From a virus (Duplodnaviria; Caudoviricetes), in the IMG/VR virus record IMGVR_UViG_3300021961_000113, positions 1 through 58,285 of that record: 58,285 bases of DNA, one strand, 5' to 3'. Position 1 is the first letter of the stretch, and each line of letters starts with the position of its first letter. Shown in pieces: positions 35,007 to 42,211 of the stretch. The notes below the pieces were generated by a model, which had not been told where the DNA came from, made no database searches, and worked only from the letters and a program-made list of their open reading frames with translations. Both the position numbers and the translations under genes were made by a program.

Positions 35007-35074
35007 TTGACAAGGGTGTTCGATATATCTAACATCTTCGGTACGGCATTTCCGCCGTGAGAAAAGGAGAAACG
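35007..35074 (+). promoter_or_regulatory. Rightward sigma70-type promoter plus leader hairpin and SD
   Basis: TTGACA-N17-TAACAT-N7-ACGGC ATTTCC GCCGT-GAGAAA-AGGAGAAA. Confidence 0.8.
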
Positions 35075-35236
35075 ATGGAAGACGATTTTTGGTACCAGCA
35101 GCAAATGGAAGAACGTGAGCAACGATTGGAAGACGCTTACGAACGTGCCCGAGCAGGTCTTGCAGATGAAGAGGACTGGGCTGTTTTGCGTTACGAACTT
35201 GGACTACGAAAGGAAAAAAATGTTACTGAAAGCTGA
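35075..35236 (+). CDS. 53 aa acidic early protein
   Basis: Read manually: MEDDFWYQQQMEEREQRLEDAYERARAG...; strong SD. Confidence 0.75.
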   Translation: MEDDFWYQQQMEEREQRLEDAYERARAGLADEEDWAVLRYELGLRKEKNVTES

Positions 35237-35852
35237 AACAAACACTGGATTCAAACCGACGCCTGCTGGCGTTTACATGGCACGGTGCTATCGGATCATC
35301 GACCTAGGCACCCAGGAAACACAGTGGCAGGGCAACATAAAGCACCAGCGCAAGGTCTTGCTGTCCTGGGAGATCCACGGCGAGGACGATACCGGCAAAC
35401 CGCTTTTAACGGATGATGGAAGGCCTTTGATGGCCAGCAAGCGGTTTACTGCCAGCCTCGGAGAAAAAGCGGCTCTACGGGCTTTTGTGGAGTCCTGGAG
35501 GGGCAAGCCCTTTACCGATCCCGAACTGCGCGGCTATGACCTCAAGTCCTTGCTTGGGCAATGGGGCATGATCAACATTACCGAGGAGACCAGGGAGGGT
35601 AAGGTGTACTCCAACGTCAAGTCGGTTATGCCGCTGCCTCCAGCGCTTCGGAAGGTCTTGCCTGCTGGCCATAACGAGATAGGCATTTTCTCAATGGAAC
35701 AGTTCTCGCCGGACATGATGGACCTGTTCAACAGCTTTGGGAAAGGCTTGCAGGACACTATCAAAGCTTCCCCGGAATGGGCTCGGATAGGCAGCCTGCC
35801 TACCAAGCAAGTCGCGTCCCTTGAAGACGCTGACGACAATATACCTTTCTGA
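35220..35852 (+). CDS. Putative single-stranded DNA-binding protein
   Basis: P.G.Y.ARCY..IDLGTQ, SLGEKAALR...SWRG, acidic DDNIPF tail; start MLLKAET. Confidence 0.72.
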   Translation: MLLKAETNTGFKPTPAGVYMARCYRIIDLGTQETQWQGNIKHQRKVLLSWEIHGEDDTGKPLLTDDGRPLMASKRFTASLGEKAALRAFVESWRGKPFTDPELRGYDLKSLLGQWGMINITEETREGKVYSNVKSVMPLPPALRKVLPAGHNEIGIFSMEQFSPDMMDLFNSFGKGLQDTIKASPEWARIGSLPTKQVASLEDADDNIPF

Positions 35853-35876
35853 TCTTTATAACACTTAAGGAAACAT

Positions 35877-36098
35877 ATGGAAACCAAAATTATTCCCGCG
35901 GGTAGCCGCATGGCTGAACGCTACCTCATGCCGACTTATCACCGCGGCGATGTAATGGCTGTACCAAGCTTTAAGAAGGTGGGCGTTTACGTCCTTCCCG
36001 GCCACATTGAAACGAGCGCTGAGGAGCTTGTAGTTAACGGGTTCACTCCGAAGATCACGCCCCTTTGGTCTCGCTTTTGGATTGAGGTGCAGTCATGA
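35877..36098 (+). CDS. Hypothetical protein
   Basis: AAGGA SD; ATGA overlap downstream. Confidence 0.65.
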   Translation: METKIIPAGSRMAERYLMPTYHRGDVMAVPSFKKVGVYVLPGHIETSAEELVVNGFTPKITPLWSRFWIEVQS

Positions 36099-36388
36099 AA
36101 AAACGAAAACCCATGAGCGAAGAAGGAAAGGCCAGGATCAGGGAAGGCGCCCAAAGGCGCTGGGCCGCATACAGGAGGATGAAAGAGTCTAAGACGACCA
36201 TTCCCTACGACTTGTTTAAGCAGGCCCAAAACTTGGCTGCGGGAAAAAAGGAGGAGCCTGTAGCTTATATGCTAAAGGCCCCAGGCGGCGATCAGTTCCT
36301 GGTTACGAAGATCGGCGAACATTTTCGTAATTTCTTGAAAGACAATGGCTTTGAAATTTGGGCCGTCAGTCTGTCGCAAAAGCTATGA
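36095..36388 (+). CDS. Basic hypothetical protein
   Basis: MSEEGKARIREGAQRRWA basic helix; ATGA overlaps. Confidence 0.65.
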   Translation: MKKRKPMSEEGKARIREGAQRRWAAYRRMKESKTTIPYDLFKQAQNLAAGKKEEPVAYMLKAPGGDQFLVTKIGEHFRNFLKDNGFEIWAVSLSQKL

Positions 36389-37134
36389 TCATCAACACAA
36401 AGACGGCCGAGTCCGGGCATTGGTACACCACCAAAGGCGAGACTGCTTACACCGTTGTCGGAAGTAACGGCAAGGTGCGCAATACGACCCTCAGGGACGC
36501 CAAAAAGCTTGGGCTGGTACCTTCGGTCACCACGGTTATGTCGGTGGCCGCAAAGCCTGGATTGGAAGCATGGAAGCAGCAGCAATTATTACTGGCTTCC
36601 CTAACCCTGCCCAAGGATGAGAACGAAAGCCTCGAGGACTATGCCAAGCGGGTACTCGAGGATTCCAGAAAGCAGGGCAAGGAGGCGGCCGACCGCGGTA
36701 CAGCCATTCACGCCGAGATACAGGCCTACTACGAGGGCGATACGACGAAGATCAACGTGCCCTATGTCCGCAAGGCCGTTAACGCCATAGACAGGCATTT
36801 TGGGGACCGGACGTGGATCTCCGAGGCCTCCTTTGCTGCACCCCATGGCTATGGCGGCAAAGTAGATTTACACTGCCACGATACCGTTATTGATATTAAG
36901 ACCAAAGAATTCGCCCCGGGCGACAAGGTGGCACTGTTTGATGACCATTACATGCAACTTGCGGCTTATGCGGTGGGCCTGAAAATCCATCCGCCGAGGT
37001 GCGCCAACCTGTTCGTATCACCGCTAGATCCCTATCCAGTGTTGATTATCGAGCACGACCCCCAAAGCATTCAGCGGGGGTGGGAAATGTTTGAATCGTT
37101 ATTGAAATTCTGGAAAACAAGGAGCAATCTGTGA
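36385..37134 (+). CDS. PD-(D/E)XK exonuclease-like protein
   Basis: PSVTT, RGTAIH, E...GKVD, IDIKT, QLAAY. Confidence 0.85.
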   Translation: MIINTKTAESGHWYTTKGETAYTVVGSNGKVRNTTLRDAKKLGLVPSVTTVMSVAAKPGLEAWKQQQLLLASLTLPKDENESLEDYAKRVLEDSRKQGKEAADRGTAIHAEIQAYYEGDTTKINVPYVRKAVNAIDRHFGDRTWISEASFAAPHGYGGKVDLHCHDTVIDIKTKEFAPGDKVALFDDHYMQLAAYAVGLKIHPPRCANLFVSPLDPYPVLIIEHDPQSIQRGWEMFESLLKFWKTRSNL

Positions 37135-37703
37135 ACAATTTTGACAAGAGAGTATATGAAGGCGTTATAGGGTCCCTGGAATCTATCGGTGCAACTTTTA
37201 TCGTTAGCGGAAGGTTTGGCGACCACCATTCAAAAGAACTTCCCATAGAAAAAATCTGTAATGCGCTTGACAGCATAGGCGCAGATTTTGAAATTAAGCA
37301 TAACGATAAGGTTTATACCAATCGCAAACTCGTCGAGCGAAATAATCGCAGGATCATCTACAAAGAACTTGAGGGCATTTTCGCGTCCATTGCACCGGGG
37401 GTTGTTCAATACGTCACCATCCCGGCTCACATAGACATGAGGGCGGCGAGGATCAGCATATTCAACCACTTTACGCGAAATGGAGATTACGAGTCCGTTT
37501 CGACGGCGATCGTTGACCGAAACGATCCGAACAATAGGCAGATCAAGGTCTTCTTGAGCCCAAAGTTTTCGCATAACGTGGAAGAAAAAAAGCAGGCCTT
37601 GATTGATGGCGAGCAAATGGAACTGGAAACGATCCAAACCAAGGGCGACGTTCCGGTGCTGTCGGTCTCGTCGCCACGGTATAGGACGGGGTATACCGTT
37701 TAG
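37131..37703 (+). CDS. Hypothetical protein
   Basis: GTG start overlapping the upstream stop; internal L(E/D)SIGAxF duplication. Confidence 0.65.
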   Translation: MNNFDKRVYEGVIGSLESIGATFIVSGRFGDHHSKELPIEKICNALDSIGADFEIKHNDKVYTNRKLVERNNRRIIYKELEGIFASIAPGVVQYVTIPAHIDMRAARISIFNHFTRNGDYESVSTAIVDRNDPNNRQIKVFLSPKFSHNVEEKKQALIDGEQMELETIQTKGDVPVLSVSSPRYRTGYTV

Positions 37704-37726
37704 CGTCCGACGAACGGTAGCCATTT

Positions 37727-37748
37727 AGGGGGGTTTATCCCCCTTTTT
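37727..37748 (+). terminator. Rho-independent terminator
   Basis: AGGGGG-GTTTAT-CCCCCT-TTTT. Confidence 0.75.
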
Positions 37749-37751
37749 CAT

Positions 37752-37819
37752 TTGACAGGTGGATAAATAAAGAGTCAAATACACCTACTGCGACGTGCAG
37801 TGAGAAACCGGAGAAACAG
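37752..37819 (+). promoter_or_regulatory. Sigma70-type promoter plus leader hairpin and SD
   Basis: TTGACA-GGTGGATAAA..(N17)-TCAAAT-N6-ACTGC GACGT GCAGT-GAGAAA-CCGGAGAAA. Confidence 0.8.
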
Positions 37820-38113
37820 ATGAAAAACGAAGCAGCAGTAATCGAAGCAGCGTCAGTCGACACCCTTGGCGCCCTCTTGGCTCAGATCGCCGACCTGCAA
37901 AAGCAAGCCGATGCAATTAAGGACGCAATCAAGGATTCGGCCTCGGCAGGTGGCGCTAAGTCGATTGAGGGTTCGCTCTTCAAGGCAACCTACATCGAGT
38001 CCGACCGATCGGTGTTCGACAAGGCAGCCTTCGTTAAGGCTTTTGGTACCGAAGTGTACGAGCACTTCACCAAGACGACCGCCGTGTTCTCGGTCAAAGT
38101 CACCAGCCGCTAA
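37820..38113 (+). CDS. Conserved hypothetical early protein
   Basis: VDTLGALLAQIADL...IEGSLFKAT...KVTSR. Confidence 0.75.
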   Translation: MKNEAAVIEAASVDTLGALLAQIADLQKQADAIKDAIKDSASAGGAKSIEGSLFKATYIESDRSVFDKAAFVKAFGTEVYEHFTKTTAVFSVKVTSR

Positions 38114-38126
38114 CCAGGATATTCAC

Positions 38127-38390
38127 ATGAAAAGAATCGCGCCAAAATATTTGTATATCGGCCAACTGGTCGTGCTCAACAAACACACTGATGCTCAGGT
38201 CTACACAATTGCCAAGATCGAAGACTTTACCGTCACGCTTATGTGGTACGAGGGCAAGCGGCTTTGCGTGAATGTATGGGACTCAAGCCGCTTTTTTTAC
38301 CCGGACCTCGAGCAGATCGAGTACAGCATCAACAGCAACGGCCGTCTCGCTACCGTCCGTGACCGCATGGAAGCACGTTTAACAGCTTAA
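38127..38390 (+). CDS. Hypothetical protein
   Basis: Start MKRIAPKY after AGGA. Confidence 0.65.
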   Translation: MKRIAPKYLYIGQLVVLNKHTDAQVYTIAKIEDFTVTLMWYEGKRLCVNVWDSSRFFYPDLEQIEYSINSNGRLATVRDRMEARLTA

Positions 38391-38395
38391 TAACC

Positions 38396-38411
38396 GGGGG
38401 CTTCGGCCCCC
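38396..38411 (+). promoter_or_regulatory. C(UUCG)G hairpin
   Basis: GGGGGC-TTCG-GCCCCC after TAATAA and before SD AGGAG. Confidence 0.8.
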
Positions 38412-38427
38412 TAACTAGGAGAACATC

Positions 38428-38709
38428 ATGGAAGAGTTTCAAGCAATGGATAACGTCGTAAGCCGTTTCTTCGGCAACACCCAAAGCAAAAAGAGCGAAC
38501 CAAAGCCGCTTCGGGCAATGTACACGTCAATGTCGGTGCATAACATTGTGTCGGTCATTATTTCGAAGCCGAGTCTACTTGAGAAAGCAGACTGCCAGAC
38601 GATGGACATTACCTTCGTTGCGGAGAATGGCGAACGGGTCCGAATCGTGGTGTTCGGCGACAACATCGACGTCGTAAGGAGTGAAAATGAAGATCCAAGT
38701 GCGGCATGA
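38428..38709 (+). CDS. Hypothetical protein
   Basis: AGGAG SD; operon context. Confidence 0.65.
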   Translation: MEEFQAMDNVVSRFFGNTQSKKSEPKPLRAMYTSMSVHNIVSVIISKPSLLEKADCQTMDITFVAENGERVRIVVFGDNIDVVRSENEDPSAA

Positions 38710-38881
38710 CCCAACCCCTCTGGACACGCGCTCGTATGACTGGCGTGCTGTTCAGGAGGGCTACCAGCAGGGCGATCGGATCGGCTGGGGGCGGACCAAG
38801 CTCCAGGCCATTCGGGACCTGCTTATCCAACTCGAGATGGACCCCGACACGAAGGTGTCGGTTAAGGAGATCAAAGCATGA
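38687..38881 (+). CDS. Hypothetical protein
   Basis: AAGGAG SD; RSYDW.A...Y..GD.IG.G.T motif. Confidence 0.65.
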   Translation: MKIQVRHDPTPLDTRSYDWRAVQEGYQQGDRIGWGRTKLQAIRDLLIQLEMDPDTKVSVKEIKA

Positions 38882-39078
38882 ACCCCGGCCTTCGCGTGCG
38901 TGTCGGTAAGAAGCTCGGCATTCTTGAGCATCTTCACCCCGACGGGACCTGCGCAATCCGATTGATTACCGAAAACGAGTGGCCGTTTCCCGAGTGGGTT
39001 TACGTCCACCAGTCGCAAGTTAAACGAGCCTACCAACCAAAAAGGAACCTAGATGAGTACGAAGAAGCCCCCTACTGA
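38878..39078 (+). CDS. Hypothetical protein (SH3-like)
   Basis: ATGA overlap; beta-rich, acidic EEAPY end. Confidence 0.6.
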   Translation: MNPGLRVRVGKKLGILEHLHPDGTCAIRLITENEWPFPEWVYVHQSQVKRAYQPKRNLDEYEEAPY

Positions 39079-39244
39079 CCGGTTCGACATGTTCGCCGCT
39101 GCTGCCCTTCAAGGCTTGCTTGCCGGTGGTATATCGAACTACAACAAACCCGACGGCACCCCGATTGCCAGCCGAGCAGACCTTGCCGAGGTTTGTTTTT
39201 CCTACGCAAAATTTATGGTGGAACATGATCCAGATCAACTCTAA
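39053..39244 (+). CDS. Conserved phage hypothetical protein
   Basis: D.FAAAALQGLLA...A..M family motif. Confidence 0.7.
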   Translation: MSTKKPPTDRFDMFAAAALQGLLAGGISNYNKPDGTPIASRADLAEVCFSYAKFMVEHDPDQL

Positions 39245-39386
39245 TAGCAAACAGGTGATACTCGAGACCGAGACCTTCCCGGTCCAGTTCTTCGGGGACT
39301 GGGACGAGGTCAACGAGTTCATCGACGCCCTTCAGAAAGTAGCCATGGAGACCTTTGGCAAGCCCTGGGAGAGCAATCATGGATGA
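39225..39386 (+). CDS. Hypothetical protein
   Basis: Start MIQINSNS; packed operon. Confidence 0.55.
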   Translation: MIQINSNSKQVILETETFPVQFFGDWDEVNEFIDALQKVAMETFGKPWESNHG

Positions 39387-39723
39387 GCGGATATACGACT
39401 CCAGGCCGAACGTGGTCGACCGCTGGAGGCAGTTTCCGCAGCCCCACGACCCCAAGCGAACCGAGCCACTTGTTTCACCGAACTTCACCCCACCATCGGA
39501 GGACCCGTACTATGTCAACAAATGGACAAAATTCCGCGAAGAAAACGCGACGGGCGCGTGGTTTGAGCGGCAAAGAATTGATCGACAACGCAGCGAAAAT
39601 GGAGCTATGGAGGCTGAGGCAGATCGAGGTGATGTACTTCGCCCTGCAAATGGCGATCGTCGAGAAGACCGAGCTAAGAGACCGCATCGAAAAGCTTCAA
39701 CCCGACCATCCGATGGAGCTTGA
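39379..39723 (+). CDS. Hypothetical protein
   Basis: GGAG SD; F.PPSEDP.Y..KW..FR motif. Confidence 0.55.
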   Translation: MDERIYDSRPNVVDRWRQFPQPHDPKRTEPLVSPNFTPPSEDPYYVNKWTKFREENATGAWFERQRIDRQRSENGAMEAEADRGDVLRPANGDRREDRAKRPHRKASTRPSDGA

Positions 39724-39775
39724 TCACATTATTCAGGACTACATCAGCGAACGGGTCTCGAGAGTCGCGCATTGA
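39512..39775 (+). CDS. Hypothetical protein, overlapping the previous ORF
   Basis: GGAGG SD before ATG 39512; amphipathic helical C-terminal half; start uncertain. Confidence 0.5.
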   Translation: MSTNGQNSAKKTRRARGLSGKELIDNAAKMELWRLRQIEVMYFALQMAIVEKTELRDRIEKLQPDHPMELDHIIQDYISERVSRVAH

Positions 39776-39927
39776 AGGATTACGACCCCTTCCCCGAAAT
39801 TACGAAGGCATACCAGGAAGCCAAGCTTGCCGTGCAAAAGAACACCGACGTGGACTACGCACTGCGCAAGCTTGCCCTGGTCGTGCTCGAACTTCGACTA
39901 CAAAAACAGAAAGAGAAAACCAAATGA
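39772..39927 (+). CDS. 51 aa hypothetical protein
   Basis: Read manually (TTG start, KDYDPFPEITKAYQEAK...); TTGA and ATGA overlaps. Confidence 0.5.
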   Translation: MKDYDPFPEITKAYQEAKLAVQKNTDVDYALRKLALVVLELRLQKQKEKTK

Positions 39928-40208
39928 TGATTACCATCGGGATGTTCACCCGATCATCGAGAGAATGGTCGCTGCTGACCGGCGTACCCCGGACAACCAT
40001 TGAGTACAGGGTCAATGCAGGCTGGGAACCCGACCGACTCTTCATTCGCAAGGACTGGGTACTCGAGGGCAATAAGCGCTGCACAAAATGCCATGCTGTC
40101 AAACCCATCAAGGAGTTCTACAAGCGATCCGGCCGCCCAGGCCACTTAGCACACTGTAAGGAGTGCAGAAAACATTATGGAAAAGTACGTTATCAGCAAC
40201 GGGTATGA
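39924..40208 (+). CDS. Protein made of homing-endonuclease-type DNA-binding modules (HTH-like plus CxxC...CxxC)
   Basis: EWSLLTGVPRTTIEYRVNAGW; KRCTKC...K..KEFY...CKEC. Confidence 0.65.
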   Translation: MMITIGMFTRSSREWSLLTGVPRTTIEYRVNAGWEPDRLFIRKDWVLEGNKRCTKCHAVKPIKEFYKRSGRPGHLAHCKECRKHYGKVRYQQRV

Positions 40209-40974
40209 GGGACTAGGCGACCGCCTGCAATGCCTGTCTTACTGCTTGGATTTCGCGCTCAAGCATAACCGCATACTCAAGGTTAACTGGCGCGACAAGG
40301 TATGGGGCCACCGGTTTTATTCTTACTTCCACCTCGTGGATGTCCCGTATACGGATGAAAAAATATCGCTTACCGGCAAGTCAGTATGGCCACCTATCTG
40401 GGAGGCTTTGGGCGAAAATGGCTCGGGCGATTGGGTATACGACATCAAGGAGGAAAAGCTTTCGCCAAGCACTTATGACGTGATCGTTCACTCTGGTATT
40501 GGCTTCAGGGCTTGGAACATGCCACTGCTTTCAAGGCACCTACGGGTCAGTTTTGAGATTGCAAACAAAGTCAAAAAGCATGACGTAGTTGTGCATTTGC
40601 GAGGGACCGACCGATACAACGAAGGATCAAGCTTGTTTGATCTTTACGGCGAATCGGGCGACGCTTATGTCATAACCGATGACGCAAGACTTGCCCAGCA
40701 ATGGGCCGAAATCAGCCCAGAATCGACGATCTCATGCGTGGGTATAGAAGGACATCGACCGGTCCACAAAACAGAGCCAGAGAACTTCTATGACCGCAAC
40801 TCAAAAGCTATCGTTGACTTCATGACGATCGCGATAGCAGGCGAGGCTTATTCCAACAACCCGGAGAGTCTGTTCTTCAAGATGGCAAGGAGCCTTGGAA
40901 CCCCGGAGCTTATGCTTACAGCCGCTCCGGAGGAAAAGACCAAGAGGGTCCGATACTTTATTCGGGAAGCGTAA
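40177..40974 (+). CDS. NodZ / fucosyltransferase-like glycosyltransferase (GT-B)
   Basis: EGLGDRL, V.W.D, VVVHLRGTDR, VITDD, AIVDF motifs. Confidence 0.72.
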   Translation: MEKYVISNGYEGLGDRLQCLSYCLDFALKHNRILKVNWRDKVWGHRFYSYFHLVDVPYTDEKISLTGKSVWPPIWEALGENGSGDWVYDIKEEKLSPSTYDVIVHSGIGFRAWNMPLLSRHLRVSFEIANKVKKHDVVVHLRGTDRYNEGSSLFDLYGESGDAYVITDDARLAQQWAEISPESTISCVGIEGHRPVHKTEPENFYDRNSKAIVDFMTIAIAGEAYSNNPESLFFKMARSLGTPELMLTAAPEEKTKRVRYFIREA

Positions 40975-42211
40975 TGGTCCGCTGGGGCTTGTAGCGATCG
41001 TAAAGGTCAGTCAGAAACGGAACCGCCGCGGTCGTTGCAAGCCCAGCCGCTCGCGTTAAGGGATGGGGCACCAAGCTTGCAACGCCGCCAAGGGCGCCGA
41101 TTGCACTTAAAGCTGCGCCGGGCATATCGCCTTGCATGTACCGGTCATAAGCGTCATAGGCTGAATAGCCTGCTCCTGCGCCGCCTAGAGTGCCTAGTGC
41201 CGAGCCTTTGAACAATCCTGCCACCCTGCCGCCAGGACGCGTTGGGGCTTGAGTAGGCAAGCCTTGGCGAACCTCTCCCACGACGGGAGCGTTCTTAGCG
41301 CGATCAATAAGCCGCTGGGAAAGCTGGGGGGACTCGTCAGGACCCGCAATCCCGTAAAGCTTGGCCATCCTTCCCGAGATCTTGCCTTGAGGCATAGCCC
41401 TTCGATAATCGGTAGCTGCCTCAGAGACGGTTCCGACTCCAGGCTTTACGTAGCCCGTAACCTTGCTGGCCCACTTTTCACCGGGGGTCATGCCCTGGGT
41501 TAGCTTTGCGAGATTCTGGTCCCTAGCGGCCCTCTGAGCCTCTTGGAAGACATCAAAGCGCCTTTGCTGCATGCCACGCTTAAGATCCGCTCCAGCGCCG
41601 CTTAAAAGGGCTCCAGCAGGCGCTCCTACTGCGGCAGACGTGACACGACCAATGGCAGGATCGTCGGGTTGATTGATCTGCATTTGATCGATTTGCTGGG
41701 CAAGCCTTCTTGCCTCAAGAGCCGCCTCGCTTTCGGCGGGTTCACCTTCTTGGCTTGGCTGCGCAGCCGGTATAACGCCGCCCTCAAGCTGCTGCTTAAG
41801 CCTTCTTGCTTGGCCAACAGCGTCAAACGGATAAATCGCATTGACTTGGTCGGCATAGTCCGCGTTGGGCGGGTTGTCCATCTTGGCAAGCCTTGGTCCG
41901 CCGTTATAACCGACCAAAGCCTTACGGACGTCGCCCCCAGTAAGGTCGAGCATTTCCTTGAGGTACATGACCCCGCCGCGGATGTTGTCGTCCATCTTCT
42001 TTGGGTTCACGCCTAGCCCCTTGGCGGTGGCAGGCATAAGCTGCATGACGCCAATAGCACCCTTATTGCTTTTCTGAGCCTGGGAGAATCCAGACTCCAC
42101 TTGAGCAACTGCAAGAGCCAGTTGAGGATCAACGCCCTCCTGCTCAGCGGCCTTGATGACCTTATCGGCTATGCGACGCTGCGACTCGTTAAGCTTTTCA
42201 AGATCGACCAT
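40958..42211 (-). CDS. Virion lytic transglycosylase (SLT) ejection protein
   Basis: VESG, AIGVMQLMPATA, NIRGGVMYL, YNGGP; hydrophobic C-terminus. Confidence 0.9.
   Translation of the reverse strand: MVDLEKLNESQRRIADKVIKAAEQEGVDPQLALAVAQVESGFSQAQKSNKGAIGVMQLMPATAKGLGVNPKKMDDNIRGGVMYLKEMLDLTGGDVRKALVGYNGGPRLAKMDNPPNADYADQVNAIYPFDAVGQARRLKQQLEGGVIPAAQPSQEGEPAESEAALEARRLAQQIDQMQINQPDDPAIGRVTSAAVGAPAGALLSGAGADLKRGMQQRRFDVFQEAQRAARDQNLAKLTQGMTPGEKWASKVTGYVKPGVGTVSEAATDYRRAMPQGKISGRMAKLYGIAGPDESPQLSQRLIDRAKNAPVVGEVRQGLPTQAPTRPGGRVAGLFKGSALGTLGGAGAGYSAYDAYDRYMQGDMPGAALSAIGALGGVASLVPHPLTRAAGLATTAAVPFLTDLYDRYKPQRTITLPE

Noticed and set aside
34398-37703. Lysogeny module (integrase, CI, att site)
   Set aside because: No tyrosine/serine recombinase or CI-like protein recognisable anywhere; no host genes flank the phage.
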